A stretch of DNA of 64,000 nt, from contig JBKPMX010000013.1 of assembly GCA_046765655.1 (NCBI GenBank), positions 1,815-65,814 of the forward strand. The letters are read 5' to 3'. The position numbers were made by a program, and so were the translations under genes. The notes beneath the pieces were generated by a model, which ran no database searches, had not been told where the DNA came from, and saw only the letters and a list, made by a program, of their open reading frames with translations. The first letter of the stretch is position 1. Each line of letters begins with the position of its first letter. The stretch comes from Acidobacteriota bacterium (lineage in GTDB: Bacteria > Acidobacteriota > Blastocatellia > Pyrinomonadales > Pyrinomonadaceae). Below are positions 9,577-19,929 of this stretch, one piece after another.

Positions 9577-12012
9577 ATGCAGTCAATACTTCAAGACCTT
9601 CGCTACGCGGTGCGGTCGCTTCTGAAGCAGCCGGGTTTCACGATTGTTGCCATCATCACATTGGCGCTTGGTATCGGCGCGAACACCGCAATCTTCAGCG
9701 TGGTTAATTCGGTGCTGTTGCGTCCGTTGCCATTTCCGCAGGCCGATCAACTAATAAAGGTAGCACTGGTCAATACCCGCCTTGGTGAAGATGACGGCGT
9801 GTTGGGCGTCGCCGACTTTCTCGATTGGCGAGACCAGAATCACGTATTCCAGGATGTTGCGGTATTCACTGATAGCTGGTTCAGCATCACCGGTGATCGA
9901 GAGCCAATGCGGGTTCGAGGCGCATGGGTTACAGCCGGTTTCTTCTCAACACTGGAAGCACAGCCGTTACTCGGCCGGACATTTATCCCGGGCGATGATG
10001 TTAAAGATGGTCCATTGCTGGTCATCTTGAGCCACCGCTTGTGGCAACAGCGCTTTAATTCTGATCCTCAGATCATCAATAAAGCTGTCACGCTGAACGG
10101 GAAGAGCCGCACGATTGTCGGCGTGATGCCCCCGTCGTTTAGCTTTCCTCCAGAGAGTGAAAGGTCATTGCCCGGAGAAGTTGAGCTTTGGGTGGTGCAT
10201 CCGCTTGAGCGAACTCAGCACCGTGGACCGTACTACCTTACCGGAATCGCGAGATTAAAACCCGGTGCAACTCTGGACCAAGCGCGATCTGAACTCGGCA
10301 ACATTAGCCTATCGATCCGACAAGCCAATCCTCTAACTAACGCCGACACGATTCTGTCGGCGCGTTCGCTGAAGGAGTCAATGGTCGGAAATGTTCAGCG
10401 CTTGCTGTTTGTCTTGTTAGGTGGCGTAGCGTTTGTGCTGCTGATTGCATCCGTTAACGTCGCAAACCTTTCTTTGTCGCGAGCTGCGCGTCGGGCTCCC
10501 GAAATCGCCATACGTAGGGCGCTCGGTGCAGGGCAGGGACGAATAATCAGACAGTTGCTAACTGAAAGTCTATTGCTCGCAGGCGCAGGTGCGATTGCCG
10601 GCGTGGTGTTGGCATGGTGGGGAATGGATGTGTTGCTGGCAATCGGATCCTCCAACCTTCCGCGACTAGATGAAGTAAAGATCGATAAGAGTGTGCTGGC
10701 CTTCACCACTGTGATTTCTGTGTTGAGCGGTTTGCTTTTTGGTTTGTTTCCGGCGTGGCAAGCATCGCGTGTCAAGGTTAATGACTCTTTGAAGAGCGCA
10801 CGCGGAGGTGGAGAGGGCCGCGGATGGCGTAGGACGAGAAGCCTGCTAGTCGTCACTGAAGTTGCGCTATCGATCGTTTTGCTTGCTGGTGCTGGTCTGA
10901 TGCTCAACAGCTTTCTGCGATTGCGGCGCGTCAGTCCAGGATTTGCACCGGAGAACATTCTGACAACGGAAATCAATCTGCCCGCAGCGCGCTACGAAGA
11001 GTCAAAACAGATTAACAGCTTCTATGAACAATTGATCGAACGTGTAAGCCACCTTCCCGGAGTAGAAGCAGTGGGAGTAGGCATGAGTCTGCCGCCAAAT
11101 CTGCTTTCGATTAGCGACACTTTCACTATTGAGGGTGAACCCGTAACGTCGGGCGTTACTGATCCTTCAGTGCCGGTCCTGGGTGTTAGCTCAGGTTACT
11201 TCAGTGCGTTAGGCGTTCAGTTGCTCGCGGGGCGAAACTTTTCCGATACAGATCGACTAGACGCACCACCGGTCGTCATCATTAACGAGACCTTCGCTCG
11301 TCGCTACTTTCCGAACCAGAACCCGATTGGTCGACGAATGAAGATCGGTGGGCCAGAACGCCCGAAAAATCAGTGGATGCAAATTGTCGGACTCTCTGGT
11401 GATGTAAAGTACGGCGGACTTGAGACTGCTCCGGACCCTGCTTTTTACCAGCCCTACCAGCAAATTCCCTGGAACAATAGCTATCTAGTCGTGCGCGCAC
11501 GCTCAGATCCGCGACAGCTCGCGGGCGCGATCCGCAACGCGGTCTGGTCGATAGACAAAGATTTGCCCGTCGCCAATCTAAAGACGATGGAAGAATTACT
11601 TTCCGAATCCGTCGCGCGTCCTCGTTTTAGAACATTCGCCTTTCTGGTTCTGGGGCTACTTGCTCTTGTGCTTGCGGTGACTGGAATTTACGCCGTGATG
11701 TCGTATCTCGTGACGCAACGCACACGCGAGTTTGGCATTCGCCTCGCACTCGGAGCACAACGAAGTAGCGTACTGCGTTTGGTCATTCGTCAGGGCATGA
11801 GCTTGGCGTTGATAGGAGTAGTCATCGGTTTGATCGCTGCCTGGGCCTTGATGCGACTCATGACCAGCCTGCTTTATGGAATCGAGTCACGTGACCCACT
11901 GACATTCGCTTCGATCACGATCCTGTTATTGGCAGTGGCGCTCGTAGCGTGTTGGCTGCCGGCGCATCGCGCAACGAAAGTCGATCCACTGAAGGCGCTT
12001 CGATACGAGTGA
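9577..12012 (+). CDS. ADOP-family duplicated orphan permease (member 5)
   Basis: The ORF-track start (TTG 9505) runs through the heptad tract. Consensus start [21 protein letters not shown] at ATG 9577 with AAGGA upstream. [15 protein letters not shown] / [15 protein letters not shown]. Tail [17 protein letters not shown]. Confidence 0.88.
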   Translation: MQSILQDLRYAVRSLLKQPGFTIVAIITLALGIGANTAIFSVVNSVLLRPLPFPQADQLIKVALVNTRLGEDDGVLGVADFLDWRDQNHVFQDVAVFTDSWFSITGDREPMRVRGAWVTAGFFSTLEAQPLLGRTFIPGDDVKDGPLLVILSHRLWQQRFNSDPQIINKAVTLNGKSRTIVGVMPPSFSFPPESERSLPGEVELWVVHPLERTQHRGPYYLTGIARLKPGATLDQARSELGNISLSIRQANPLTNADTILSARSLKESMVGNVQRLLFVLLGGVAFVLLIASVNVANLSLSRAARRAPEIAIRRALGAGQGRIIRQLLTESLLLAGAGAIAGVVLAWWGMDVLLAIGSSNLPRLDEVKIDKSVLAFTTVISVLSGLLFGLFPAWQASRVKVNDSLKSARGGGEGRGWRRTRSLLVVTEVALSIVLLAGAGLMLNSFLRLRRVSPGFAPENILTTEINLPAARYEESKQINSFYEQLIERVSHLPGVEAVGVGMSLPPNLLSISDTFTIEGEPVTSGVTDPSVPVLGVSSGYFSALGVQLLAGRNFSDTDRLDAPPVVIINETFARRYFPNQNPIGRRMKIGGPERPKNQWMQIVGLSGDVKYGGLETAPDPAFYQPYQQIPWNNSYLVVRARSDPRQLAGAIRNAVWSIDKDLPVANLKTMEELLSESVARPRFRTFAFLVLGLLALVLAVTGIYAVMSYLVTQRTREFGIRLALGAQRSSVLRLVIRQGMSLALIGVVIGLIAAWALMRLMTSLLYGIESRDPLTFASITILLLAVALVACWLPAHRATKVDPLKALRYE

Positions 12013-12020
12013 AAGGCGCG

Positions 12021-12097
12021 GGCTTAGGCCTTAGACCGTTTGGTCTTTGGCCTTTGGGACGGACGCACCCGCGACCAAGGGAGGAGACCAAAGACCA
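12021..12097. repeat. stop-to-start spacer hairpin built from complementary heptad tracts
   Basis: Left GGCTTAG GCCTTAG ACCGTTT GGTCTTT GGCCTTT. Right CCAAGGG AGGAGAC CAAAGAC CA. ATG at 12102. Confidence 0.8.
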
Positions 12098-12101
12098 CGA
12101 T

Positions 12102-14573
12102 ATGCAGTCCATACTTCAAGATCTCCGTTACGGCCTCCGGATGCTGGTGAAGCAACCGGGCTTCACGATCGTCGCTGTGATCACGCTGGCTCTCGGAGTC
12201 GGAGCAAACACTGCGATCTTCAGTGTCAGTGACAAGTTGCTGTTCAGATCGCTTGCAGTTCACGAGCCTCAGCAACTCGTTTTGATCAATTCAGTCAGTA
12301 CGAACCCATACTTCGTCAGCAACGCGTTTTCATATCCGGTTCTCAACGACTACCGCGCTGATGGAACCGTCTTTTCGGGGTTGATTGGATTCAATCGCAC
12401 GCAGCTGGAATGGCAAAACGGCGATCGTGTGGAGCGAGTGGCGAGTGAGTTTGTGACCGGTAACTACTTCGACGTCCTCGGTGTCAAAGCCGCTCGCGGT
12501 CGGACATTCTCACCGGAAGAGGACCGAACCCCGGGAACGCAACCATTTGTTGTTGTTAGCGAGGCGTTCAGGCAAAAGTATTTTGGAGAAGAGAATCCGA
12601 TCGGAAAAACCCTCACCTTGAATAATAACTCGCTGACTGTGATCGGAGTGGCACCAGCGTCATTCACCGGAATGATACTCGAGCGTCCGACACAGCTGTG
12701 GGTGCCTGTGCTGATGCATCCGCAGTTGGCTCAATCGAAATTCATCGAGAAGCGCACGGATGCTTTTTTGCAACTACTCGGTCGAATCAAGGACGGTCTT
12801 TCCGTGTCGCAGGCGCAAGCCGAATTCGACCTCGTCGCGCAACGAATTACGGAGGCACACACGCCCGCAGGAACGATCACAAAAGGACTTCCGTTCAGTG
12901 AGCGCCACATCCAGTTCGAGCCCGGCGGAAAGGGCGTTTCAATACTTAGAAAAAGATTCTCCTCGCCACTCAAGCTTTTGATGATCGTCGTCTGTCTTGT
13001 TTTGTTTATTGCTTGCGCGAACGTTGCCGGACTGCTTCTCGCTCGAGGTTTGGCGCGTCGCAAAGAGATCGGTATCCGGCTTTCACTCGGTGCTAACCGT
13101 TGGCGCTTAACACGGCAATTAATGACTGAAAGTTTGTTGTTGGCGTTCATCGGCGGTAGTGTCGGACTGCTGATCTCTCCGTGGCTCGTCACGTTGATCG
13201 TTAAGAGCCAATCACGACTCGACATCGCACGCGCGTTGCTCGGTCAAGGTGTCGACCGTCGCGTACTTGCGTTCACCGCTTTGACCACTCTCGTTGCGGG
13301 GCTGATGTTTGGAATTGTTCCCGCATGGCAGAGTACCAGGGCGCATCTCGTTCCAGTGTTGAAGGAACAGGGCGGCGTTTCGAATCAACGCGAACGGCGC
13401 TTCAACGTTCGCAACCTTCTCGTCGTGGGTCAGTTAGCGATCTCTATAGTCGTGCTGATTGCCGCTGGTCTTTCCATACGGAGCCTCCGAAACCTGCTCG
13501 CGATTGATCCCGGATTCAAAGCCGAACATCTGCTCGTCGTCCCGTTTGAGTTGGACGACAAGAAATATGACGAAGCCCGTGGTCAAGCGTTTCAACAGCA
13601 GGTGTTTGAACGACTAGCAAAACTGCCTGGTGTTGAGGCTTCGAGTTATGGGTTGGTAATGCCGTTCAGTGGTAGCAAGTTTATGGGGAGCATCTTCGTC
13701 GAGGGACGGCCGCCTGAACAGAATCAGCAGACCGCGTTTGACGGGAGCGAGGTTGGCCCAGGCTATCACGAAACCATGGGAATCAAGATAACGGCCGGGC
13801 GTGGGTTTACTGAACAAGACACAGCGAACTCGCCAAAAGTGGTTGTGATTAACGAAGCCCTCGCACAACGATTATTCCCCGGGGAAAACGCTCTTGGCCG
13901 CAGACTAATGCGCAACACCAAAGGTCCAGCGCTCGAGATCATAGGCATCACCGCAAACAGTAAATACCACGACCTTACAGAAGAGCCGGTACCGCATTTT
14001 GATCTACCCGCATTGCAAAAAGGCTATGGCAGTTACACCAACATCGTTCTGCGAACCAGGAACGATCCCGCTGATTTGGTCGCAGCGGTTCGCGCGGAGC
14101 TGCTTGGCTTAGATCCATCGATCGATGTAAGTGACACCGCGCCTATGTCCAACCAAATTAGCAATGCGCTGGCAGCGGTTACTCTCGCTTCGACGCTTGT
14201 TGGAGTTTTCGGGTTCCTCGCATTGGTGTTAGCGAGCGTCGGTTTGTACGGCGTCATGACTTGGATCGTCAGTCGTCGCACGCACGAGGTCGGCATTCGG
14301 ATGGCGTTGGGAGCGAAGCCTGCAGACGTGCTGCGACTCGTCCTCCGGCAAGGATTGATACTAACAATCGGAGGATTGTTGATCGGATTGATTGCTGCAC
14401 TGGTCGCGACACGATTCATTGACACGCAACAACTCTACGGCGTCAGTCCAAGGGATGCGTTTACATTCGGAGTCGGCGCTGTGGTGCTTGCGGCTGTATC
14501 GCTGCTGGCCTGTTACATCCCGGCACGAAGAGCAACGAAAGTCGATCCGTTGGTGGCGCTTCGATATGAATGA
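12102..14573 (+). CDS. ADOP-family duplicated orphan permease (member 6)
   Basis: The ORF-track start 11949 lies inside the previous gene. Consensus start [21 protein letters not shown] at ATG 12102. KEIGIRLSLGANRWR / [15 protein letters not shown]. Tail [17 protein letters not shown]. Confidence 0.88.
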   Translation: MQSILQDLRYGLRMLVKQPGFTIVAVITLALGVGANTAIFSVSDKLLFRSLAVHEPQQLVLINSVSTNPYFVSNAFSYPVLNDYRADGTVFSGLIGFNRTQLEWQNGDRVERVASEFVTGNYFDVLGVKAARGRTFSPEEDRTPGTQPFVVVSEAFRQKYFGEENPIGKTLTLNNNSLTVIGVAPASFTGMILERPTQLWVPVLMHPQLAQSKFIEKRTDAFLQLLGRIKDGLSVSQAQAEFDLVAQRITEAHTPAGTITKGLPFSERHIQFEPGGKGVSILRKRFSSPLKLLMIVVCLVLFIACANVAGLLLARGLARRKEIGIRLSLGANRWRLTRQLMTESLLLAFIGGSVGLLISPWLVTLIVKSQSRLDIARALLGQGVDRRVLAFTALTTLVAGLMFGIVPAWQSTRAHLVPVLKEQGGVSNQRERRFNVRNLLVVGQLAISIVVLIAAGLSIRSLRNLLAIDPGFKAEHLLVVPFELDDKKYDEARGQAFQQQVFERLAKLPGVEASSYGLVMPFSGSKFMGSIFVEGRPPEQNQQTAFDGSEVGPGYHETMGIKITAGRGFTEQDTANSPKVVVINEALAQRLFPGENALGRRLMRNTKGPALEIIGITANSKYHDLTEEPVPHFDLPALQKGYGSYTNIVLRTRNDPADLVAAVRAELLGLDPSIDVSDTAPMSNQISNALAAVTLASTLVGVFGFLALVLASVGLYGVMTWIVSRRTHEVGIRMALGAKPADVLRLVLRQGLILTIGGLLIGLIAALVATRFIDTQQLYGVSPRDAFTFGVGAVVLAAVSLLACYIPARRATKVDPLVALRYE

Positions 14574-14620
14574 GCAAAAGGGGAAGAGCAAAGCGCTAAG
14601 AGCAAAGCGCAAAGAGTGCT
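14572..14620 (+). repeat. 7/14-nt periodic tract starting in the stop codon of member 6
   Basis: GAGCAAA AGGGGAA GAGCAAA GCGCTAA GAGCAAA GCGCAAA GAGTGCT. A partial complement cttagcccttcgctcgttgcttc follows at about 14626-14648. Confidence 0.75.
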
Positions 14621-14665
14621 TACCACTTAGCCCTTCGCTCGTTGCTTCAAGATAGGAGAATCGAG

Positions 14666-17167
14666 ATGCTTCACGATTTACGTTACGGCTTGCGAATGTT
14701 GCTTAAGCGACCAAGTGTGACCTTGATCGCCGTATTGTCCCTGGCGCTAGGCATCGGTGCGAACACAGCAATCTTTAGTTTAATTGACGCAGTGATGTTG
14801 AAGTCACTTCCGATACACGAGCCTGACAGATTGGTCCTATTTGGCAACGGTGAGGACGCCGGAGTCTCAAATGGTTTTCCTAGAGAGAAAACTGATTTGT
14901 TTTCGTTCCCGTTTTATCGGGAGGTGCGACAGCGGACACAAACTCTTGAGGGAGTCGGCGCGTTATTGAGTATTCCATGGACCGTACACGGCAGAATCAG
15001 CGCAAACGGCACGACGAGCGACATTGAAAAACTGAATGTGCAACCAGTATCAGGGACCTATTTCCCAGTGCTCGGAGTAAACGCCAGTCTTGGCCGTACA
15101 CTCACCGATGCTGACGATCAAATTGTCGGAAATCATCCTGTAGCAGTCATCAGTCACTCGCTATGGCAGACGAGACTCGGTGGGATCTCGAACGCTGTGG
15201 GGCAAACAATCGCGATCGATCAAGTCGTTTATACGATCGTGGGAGTCGCACCAAAAGAGTTTTTTGGAACGACTGTCGGACAATTGCCGGACGTGTGGAT
15301 ACCGCTCGCAATGCAAAAGAAGCTTCCGCCGGCTTATTGGGATGGTCGCGACGACAACGGGTTTCAATCGATGTATTTGATCGGGCGATTGAAAAGCGGC
15401 GTTACAACTGAACAAGCGCAGGCCGAAGTTAATTTATTCTTCAAGCAGTGGATGCTTTCAGCAGCCGACAATCCACCAAACGCCAGACAGCAGGCTGGCC
15501 TCCAGAATGCCAGCATCGAGCTCACGAGTTTGCGAAGAGGCATATCAGACCTTCGTAAACAATTCTCCGTCTCTTTGAAAATTCTGATGGCGGTCGTGGG
15601 ATTGGTTTTGCTGATCGCGTGTGCGAACGTCGCGAATATTCTGCTAGCCAACGGTGCTGCCAGGCGAAGAGAGTTTGCGGTTCGCATGGCCGTTGGTGCT
15701 GGGCGCATGCGTCTCGTTAGACAGTTGCTGACGGAGAGTCTGCTAATCGCAATCGTCGGCGGTATAGCTGGAGTCATCATCGCCTGGTGGGGAAGCCGAA
15801 CATTGGTGCTGATGGCGTCAGACGGTCCCGATTCGCTGCCGATCGATGTCTCGCCCAACGGTCGAATCCTCGCATTTACAATTGTCGCTTCGTTGTTGTC
15901 GGCGATTGTATTCGGCGTCGCGCCCGCGTTACGAGCTGCGCACGTCGAGCCAAACAAGTCGTTGAAGAGTGGTAGGACAGGAGCAGCGAATGCGTTTCAA
16001 AGTCCACTCGGAAAGCTGCTGGTGATTTCACAGGTAGCACTCTCGTTGGTGCTTCTGGTTGGTGCCGGACTTTTCGTTCGCACACTAATCAATCTCGAAG
16101 GTCTTCCGAGCGGATTCAACGTGCACAATGTGGTTCGGTTCGATGTCGATCCATCTGCAACTGGTTATAAAGAAGACGATCCAAAACTCCCGATACTACT
16201 TCGCGACATTGAAGACAACGTGAAGCGTGTACCAGGCGTCGATTCCGCCGCGTTTTCGTTTTTCGTGTTCCGGCAGGGACAGTGGAGCAGCCTCGCGAGA
16301 GTGAGCGAGGATCTACCCGAGCAGCAGAGAATCATCAGAAACAATGTCGTGGGAATTGATTTCTTTCGCGTGATGGGTCTGCCCTTGATTGCTGGCAGGA
16401 ACTTCACGACTGCCGACACGTTGGAAAGTCCGAAGGTGGCTGTCATCAGCGAACTGATGGCCCAGCGACTGTTTTCGAACAAGAATCCATTGGGCCAAAC
16501 ATTCAGTATTGGCGGCCCCAAAAACGAATCCATTGAGGTCATTGGTGTAGTTAAGGATGCAAAGTATGGATCGCTAACGGAAGAGACGCGCCCGATGGCG
16601 TACTACTCTCACGCGCAAAGGCCTCAGTCTCTCCCTAACTTTATGGTGCGAACGCAGGGCCCACCCGATCAGGTCATTGCGAGCGTGCGGCAGGCCATCA
16701 AACAAGTGAATCCAAATGTTCCAATTGACGAAGTAGTCACCTTGTCGGACCACATCGGTCGTTCACTCGTGCAGCAAAAATTGATTGCGAGGTTGGCGTC
16801 GTTTTTCGGACTGCTTGCGCTGTTACTCGCGTGCATTGGTCTCTACGGCCTGATGTCGTACGCAGTCGCACGAAGAACAAACGAAATTGGTATTCGGATG
16901 GCTTTGGGTGCACGTAGAGGAAACGTCCTGTGGCTGGTCCTGCGTGAGGCAATGATACTTGTAGTGATTGGTCTCGCGTTGGGGTTAGGAGCTGCACTTC
17001 TAACGACGAAAACCGCAGGGTCTCTTTTGTTCGGTCTAAAACCGAATGATCCCTTAACTATTGCGCTCGCCTCGTCGGTGTTGCTGGCGGTGGCGGTATT
17101 TGCAGGCTACCTGCCGGCGCGGCGAGCATCGCGAGTCGATCCGATGACGGCACTGAGAGAGGAATGA
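14666..17167 (+). CDS. ADOP-family duplicated orphan permease (member 7)
   Basis: Consensus start MLHDLRYGLRMLLKRPS at ATG 14666 with AGGAGA just upstream (ORF track uses TTG 14642). REFAVRMAVGAGRMR / [15 protein letters not shown]. Tail PARRASRVDPMTALREE. Confidence 0.88.
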   Translation: MLHDLRYGLRMLLKRPSVTLIAVLSLALGIGANTAIFSLIDAVMLKSLPIHEPDRLVLFGNGEDAGVSNGFPREKTDLFSFPFYREVRQRTQTLEGVGALLSIPWTVHGRISANGTTSDIEKLNVQPVSGTYFPVLGVNASLGRTLTDADDQIVGNHPVAVISHSLWQTRLGGISNAVGQTIAIDQVVYTIVGVAPKEFFGTTVGQLPDVWIPLAMQKKLPPAYWDGRDDNGFQSMYLIGRLKSGVTTEQAQAEVNLFFKQWMLSAADNPPNARQQAGLQNASIELTSLRRGISDLRKQFSVSLKILMAVVGLVLLIACANVANILLANGAARRREFAVRMAVGAGRMRLVRQLLTESLLIAIVGGIAGVIIAWWGSRTLVLMASDGPDSLPIDVSPNGRILAFTIVASLLSAIVFGVAPALRAAHVEPNKSLKSGRTGAANAFQSPLGKLLVISQVALSLVLLVGAGLFVRTLINLEGLPSGFNVHNVVRFDVDPSATGYKEDDPKLPILLRDIEDNVKRVPGVDSAAFSFFVFRQGQWSSLARVSEDLPEQQRIIRNNVVGIDFFRVMGLPLIAGRNFTTADTLESPKVAVISELMAQRLFSNKNPLGQTFSIGGPKNESIEVIGVVKDAKYGSLTEETRPMAYYSHAQRPQSLPNFMVRTQGPPDQVIASVRQAIKQVNPNVPIDEVVTLSDHIGRSLVQQKLIARLASFFGLLALLLACIGLYGLMSYAVARRTNEIGIRMALGARRGNVLWLVLREAMILVVIGLALGLGAALLTTKTAGSLLFGLKPNDPLTIALASSVLLAVAVFAGYLPARRASRVDPMTALREE

Positions 17168-17173
17168 AAGGAG

Positions 17174-17273
17174 TTCGGATTTCGGACTTCGGATATATCG
17201 GATTTTGTCCGGCGCGCAATCGAACTCTTAATCCGCGCCCGCAAAATCTGAAATTCGAATTCCGAAATCCGAA
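17174..17273. repeat. spacer hairpin with TTCGGAT / ATCCGAA heptad arms
   Basis: Left TTCGGAT TTCGGAC TTCGGAT ATATCGG. Inner GC stem ggcgcg..cgcgcc. Right AAATCTG AAATTCG AATTCCG AAATCCG AA. ATG at 17286. Confidence 0.85.
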
Positions 17274-17285
17274 GAGGGAACTGAC

Positions 17286-19718
17286 ATGCTGCATGACATA
17301 CGTTACGGGCTCCGATTGCTACTGAAGAACTTTGGCTTCAGCCTTATCGTGGTGGTAACCCTCGCGCTAGGCATCGGCGCCAACGCCGCATTGTTCTCGG
17401 TCGTGAACGGCGTCTTGTTGAAACCTCTCCCATTCCCCGAGCCCGAACAACTCATCACGATTCATCAAAGCAAACCAAACTTCGACGCCGGCGCGATGCC
17501 GTATCCAAATTTTTTGGACCTACAGCGTGAGAACAAAACGCTGTCAGCCATGGCTATCTCACGCGGTTACGCATACAGCCTGGTCGGTGTGGGTGAAGCT
17601 CAACGTGTTACTGCACGATTGATCTCAGCAGACTACTTCACAGTGCTTGGGGTAAAGCCGCAACTGGGCCGAGCGTTTGTCCCGGCTGACGACAGCAGCG
17701 CCGCTGATCCGGTCGTACTTATTAGCTCGACGTTGTGGTCGGAGAAGTTTGGCTCCGCAAACGATGTTCTCGAGAAAAGTCTCACGCTCGACAACAAAAG
17801 CTACAAAGTGGTCGGTGTTATTCCGGCCACAGTCCCGTTCACACGTGGCGTTGATGTGTTCGTTCCAATTGCTCAATGGAATAGTCCGGCACTGAAGAGT
17901 CGGAGTGCCGCGTTGGGCATACATGGTATCGGTAGACTCAAACCGGGTGTAACCGTTGCGCAAGCGGACTCAGATCTCAATCGAATAATGCAGGCGCTGG
18001 CTGTTGAGTATCCAAATACAAACAAGGGGAACGGCGCGAAGATCATCCCAATGATGGAGCGCGTCGTGGGCTCTGTTCAGGCAACGCTTTGGACGTTACT
18101 TGCAGCGGTAGGTTTTGTGTTGCTGATCGCGTGCGTGAACGTTAGTAATTTGCTGCTCGCAAAATCAACGAGCAGGACGCGTGAATACGCGATTCGTGCC
18201 GCGCTCGGCGCCAGCCGTTGGCGTTTGCTGCGACAGTCACTGACGGAAACAACGCTGCTCGCGCTCCTGGGTGGCGCGTTTGGTCTCGCTGTTGCCGCGT
18301 GGGGAACCTCCCTCGCGCTGAAAGCTCTGCCGACCGCCTTGCCGCGTGCAAATGAGGTGGTACTTGATCGTCGGGTGGTTCTGTTTACCCTGGGTGTGTC
18401 ACTGCTCACTGGCTTACTGGTTGGCCTCATTCCAGCTCTGAAGACTTCACAACGCCGCTTCAGTCAAACGTTGAAAGAAGGTGGACGCTCAGCGAGCGCC
18501 GGGCGCGCGCGCGTGCAAGGCATCTTCGTCGCCGTTGAGATGGCGCTTGCCTTGGTGCTCCTGATTGGCGCCGGCTTGATGATTCGGACATTGAATGCGT
18601 TGTGGAACGTCGATCCAGGCTTTCGTGCAGAGAACGTGATGACGTTCAGCATCAGCTTACCGCCATGGATGGCGAATTCGAGTCCGCAAACCGTCCGGAC
18701 CGCGCTGCGCGAGCTGAATGAAAAGATCAGGACCACGCCGGGAGTCGAAGCTGTGTCGTTGTCAGATGGGGGGCTTCCGATACAAGGTGCAGATGATTTG
18801 TACTTTTGGATCGAGGGTGAGCCGAAACCTACGAGCACAAGTGATATGCACGATGCGTTCGTCTATACGGTCGAACCGAACTACTTGGATGCGATGAGTA
18901 TTCCACTTAAACGTGGTCGTTTCTTTACCGCGACCGACGATGAACGTGCCACACCAGTCGCGGTTATCGATGAGACATTTGCGAACAAACACTTCAAAGA
19001 TAAAGACCCGATAGGTTCTCGAATACTCATCGGTGAAACTCCACTGCAAATCATTGGTGTTGTCGGACATGTGAAGCAGTGGGGTTTAGACGGCGACACG
19101 CCTGACAGATTACAAGCTCAGCTTTATCTATCATTCCGCGGTATGGCTGATAACAACATGCCGGGAGTTATCGGCGCTGTCGTTCGCTTTAAGGGCGAAG
19201 GTAGCGGCACTGAAGCCTCTCCGTTCTTTGCTTCAGTGCGTAGCGCGATCCAGTCTCAGAACGACCAGAACGTAGTGTCGAATGTGCAGACATTGAATCA
19301 GGTGATCTCCGATTCACTGTCGGAACGACGCTTCTCGATGATCGTTCTCGGCGCGTTTGCAACCGTGGCCCTACTGTTGGCGAGCCTGGGAATTTACGGA
19401 GTCATTTCATACCTCGTCGGTCAGCGTACGCATGAACTCGGAATTCGCGTCGCGCTTGGTGCGGGACGAAATGACATCATCCGGCTCGTGTTGAGTCATG
19501 GGATGAAGATGGCGATTGCCGGGGTCGCGGTTGGTTTGGTGGCGGCGTTTGGGTTGACGCGCTTGATGTCCACGATGCTTTTTGGAGTGAAACCGACAGA
19601 CCCTGTGACGTTTGGGATCATCGCGCTGGTTCTGATGATCGTGGCGTTGTTGGCGTGCTATCTACCAGCGCGACGCGCAACGAAGGTGGATCCATTGACC
19701 GCGTTGAGATCTGAATAA
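17286..19718 (+). CDS. ADOP-family duplicated orphan permease (member 8)
   Basis: MLHDIRYGLRLLLKNFGF. REYAIRAALGASRWR / [15 protein letters not shown]. Tail [17 protein letters not shown]. Confidence 0.9.
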   Translation: MLHDIRYGLRLLLKNFGFSLIVVVTLALGIGANAALFSVVNGVLLKPLPFPEPEQLITIHQSKPNFDAGAMPYPNFLDLQRENKTLSAMAISRGYAYSLVGVGEAQRVTARLISADYFTVLGVKPQLGRAFVPADDSSAADPVVLISSTLWSEKFGSANDVLEKSLTLDNKSYKVVGVIPATVPFTRGVDVFVPIAQWNSPALKSRSAALGIHGIGRLKPGVTVAQADSDLNRIMQALAVEYPNTNKGNGAKIIPMMERVVGSVQATLWTLLAAVGFVLLIACVNVSNLLLAKSTSRTREYAIRAALGASRWRLLRQSLTETTLLALLGGAFGLAVAAWGTSLALKALPTALPRANEVVLDRRVVLFTLGVSLLTGLLVGLIPALKTSQRRFSQTLKEGGRSASAGRARVQGIFVAVEMALALVLLIGAGLMIRTLNALWNVDPGFRAENVMTFSISLPPWMANSSPQTVRTALRELNEKIRTTPGVEAVSLSDGGLPIQGADDLYFWIEGEPKPTSTSDMHDAFVYTVEPNYLDAMSIPLKRGRFFTATDDERATPVAVIDETFANKHFKDKDPIGSRILIGETPLQIIGVVGHVKQWGLDGDTPDRLQAQLYLSFRGMADNNMPGVIGAVVRFKGEGSGTEASPFFASVRSAIQSQNDQNVVSNVQTLNQVISDSLSERRFSMIVLGAFATVALLLASLGIYGVISYLVGQRTHELGIRVALGAGRNDIIRLVLSHGMKMAIAGVAVGLVAAFGLTRLMSTMLFGVKPTDPVTFGIIALVLMIVALLACYLPARRATKVDPLTALRSE

Positions 19719-19909
19719 GCCTGCGAAGCAGGCGGACAGCTTAAAGCCTGGGGCGTCAGCCCCAGGAAGGATTGCGGTTCATTCTCGGCAGCCCGTGAAA
19801 CGGGCGACAGAGAATCACAGTTCTTTCGGCTGCTCCGGCTCGGATTTTGAAAACACCACCAACCTGGGTCTGACGCCCCAGGCTTTATGCTCACGCCTGC
19901 TTCGCAGGC
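19719..19909. mobile_element. palindromic MITE-like element, family B copy 1
   Basis: It starts the base after the member 8 stop. Termini gcctgcgaagcaggc...aagcctggggcgtcagccccagg and cctgggtctgacgccccaggctttatgctcacgcctgcttcgcaggc are inverted. Internal hairpin gcccgtgaaacgggc (19791-19805). Alignable end to end with 52059-52255. Confidence 0.85.
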
Positions 19910-19929
19910 TAACAGGAGGGGAAAAAGAA

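Noticed and set aside
19795-19929. ORF-track start of the SDYE protein, and small ORFs translated from palindromic elements (4238-4438 -, 6765-7049 -, 6804-7037 +, 20999-21244 -, 51744-52271 -, 54600-54881 -).
   Set aside because: These reading frames run through inverted-repeat DNA and mirror each other on both strands. They lack ribosome-binding sites. The SDYE protein has a far better start at 19930 (AGGAGG plus signal peptide).
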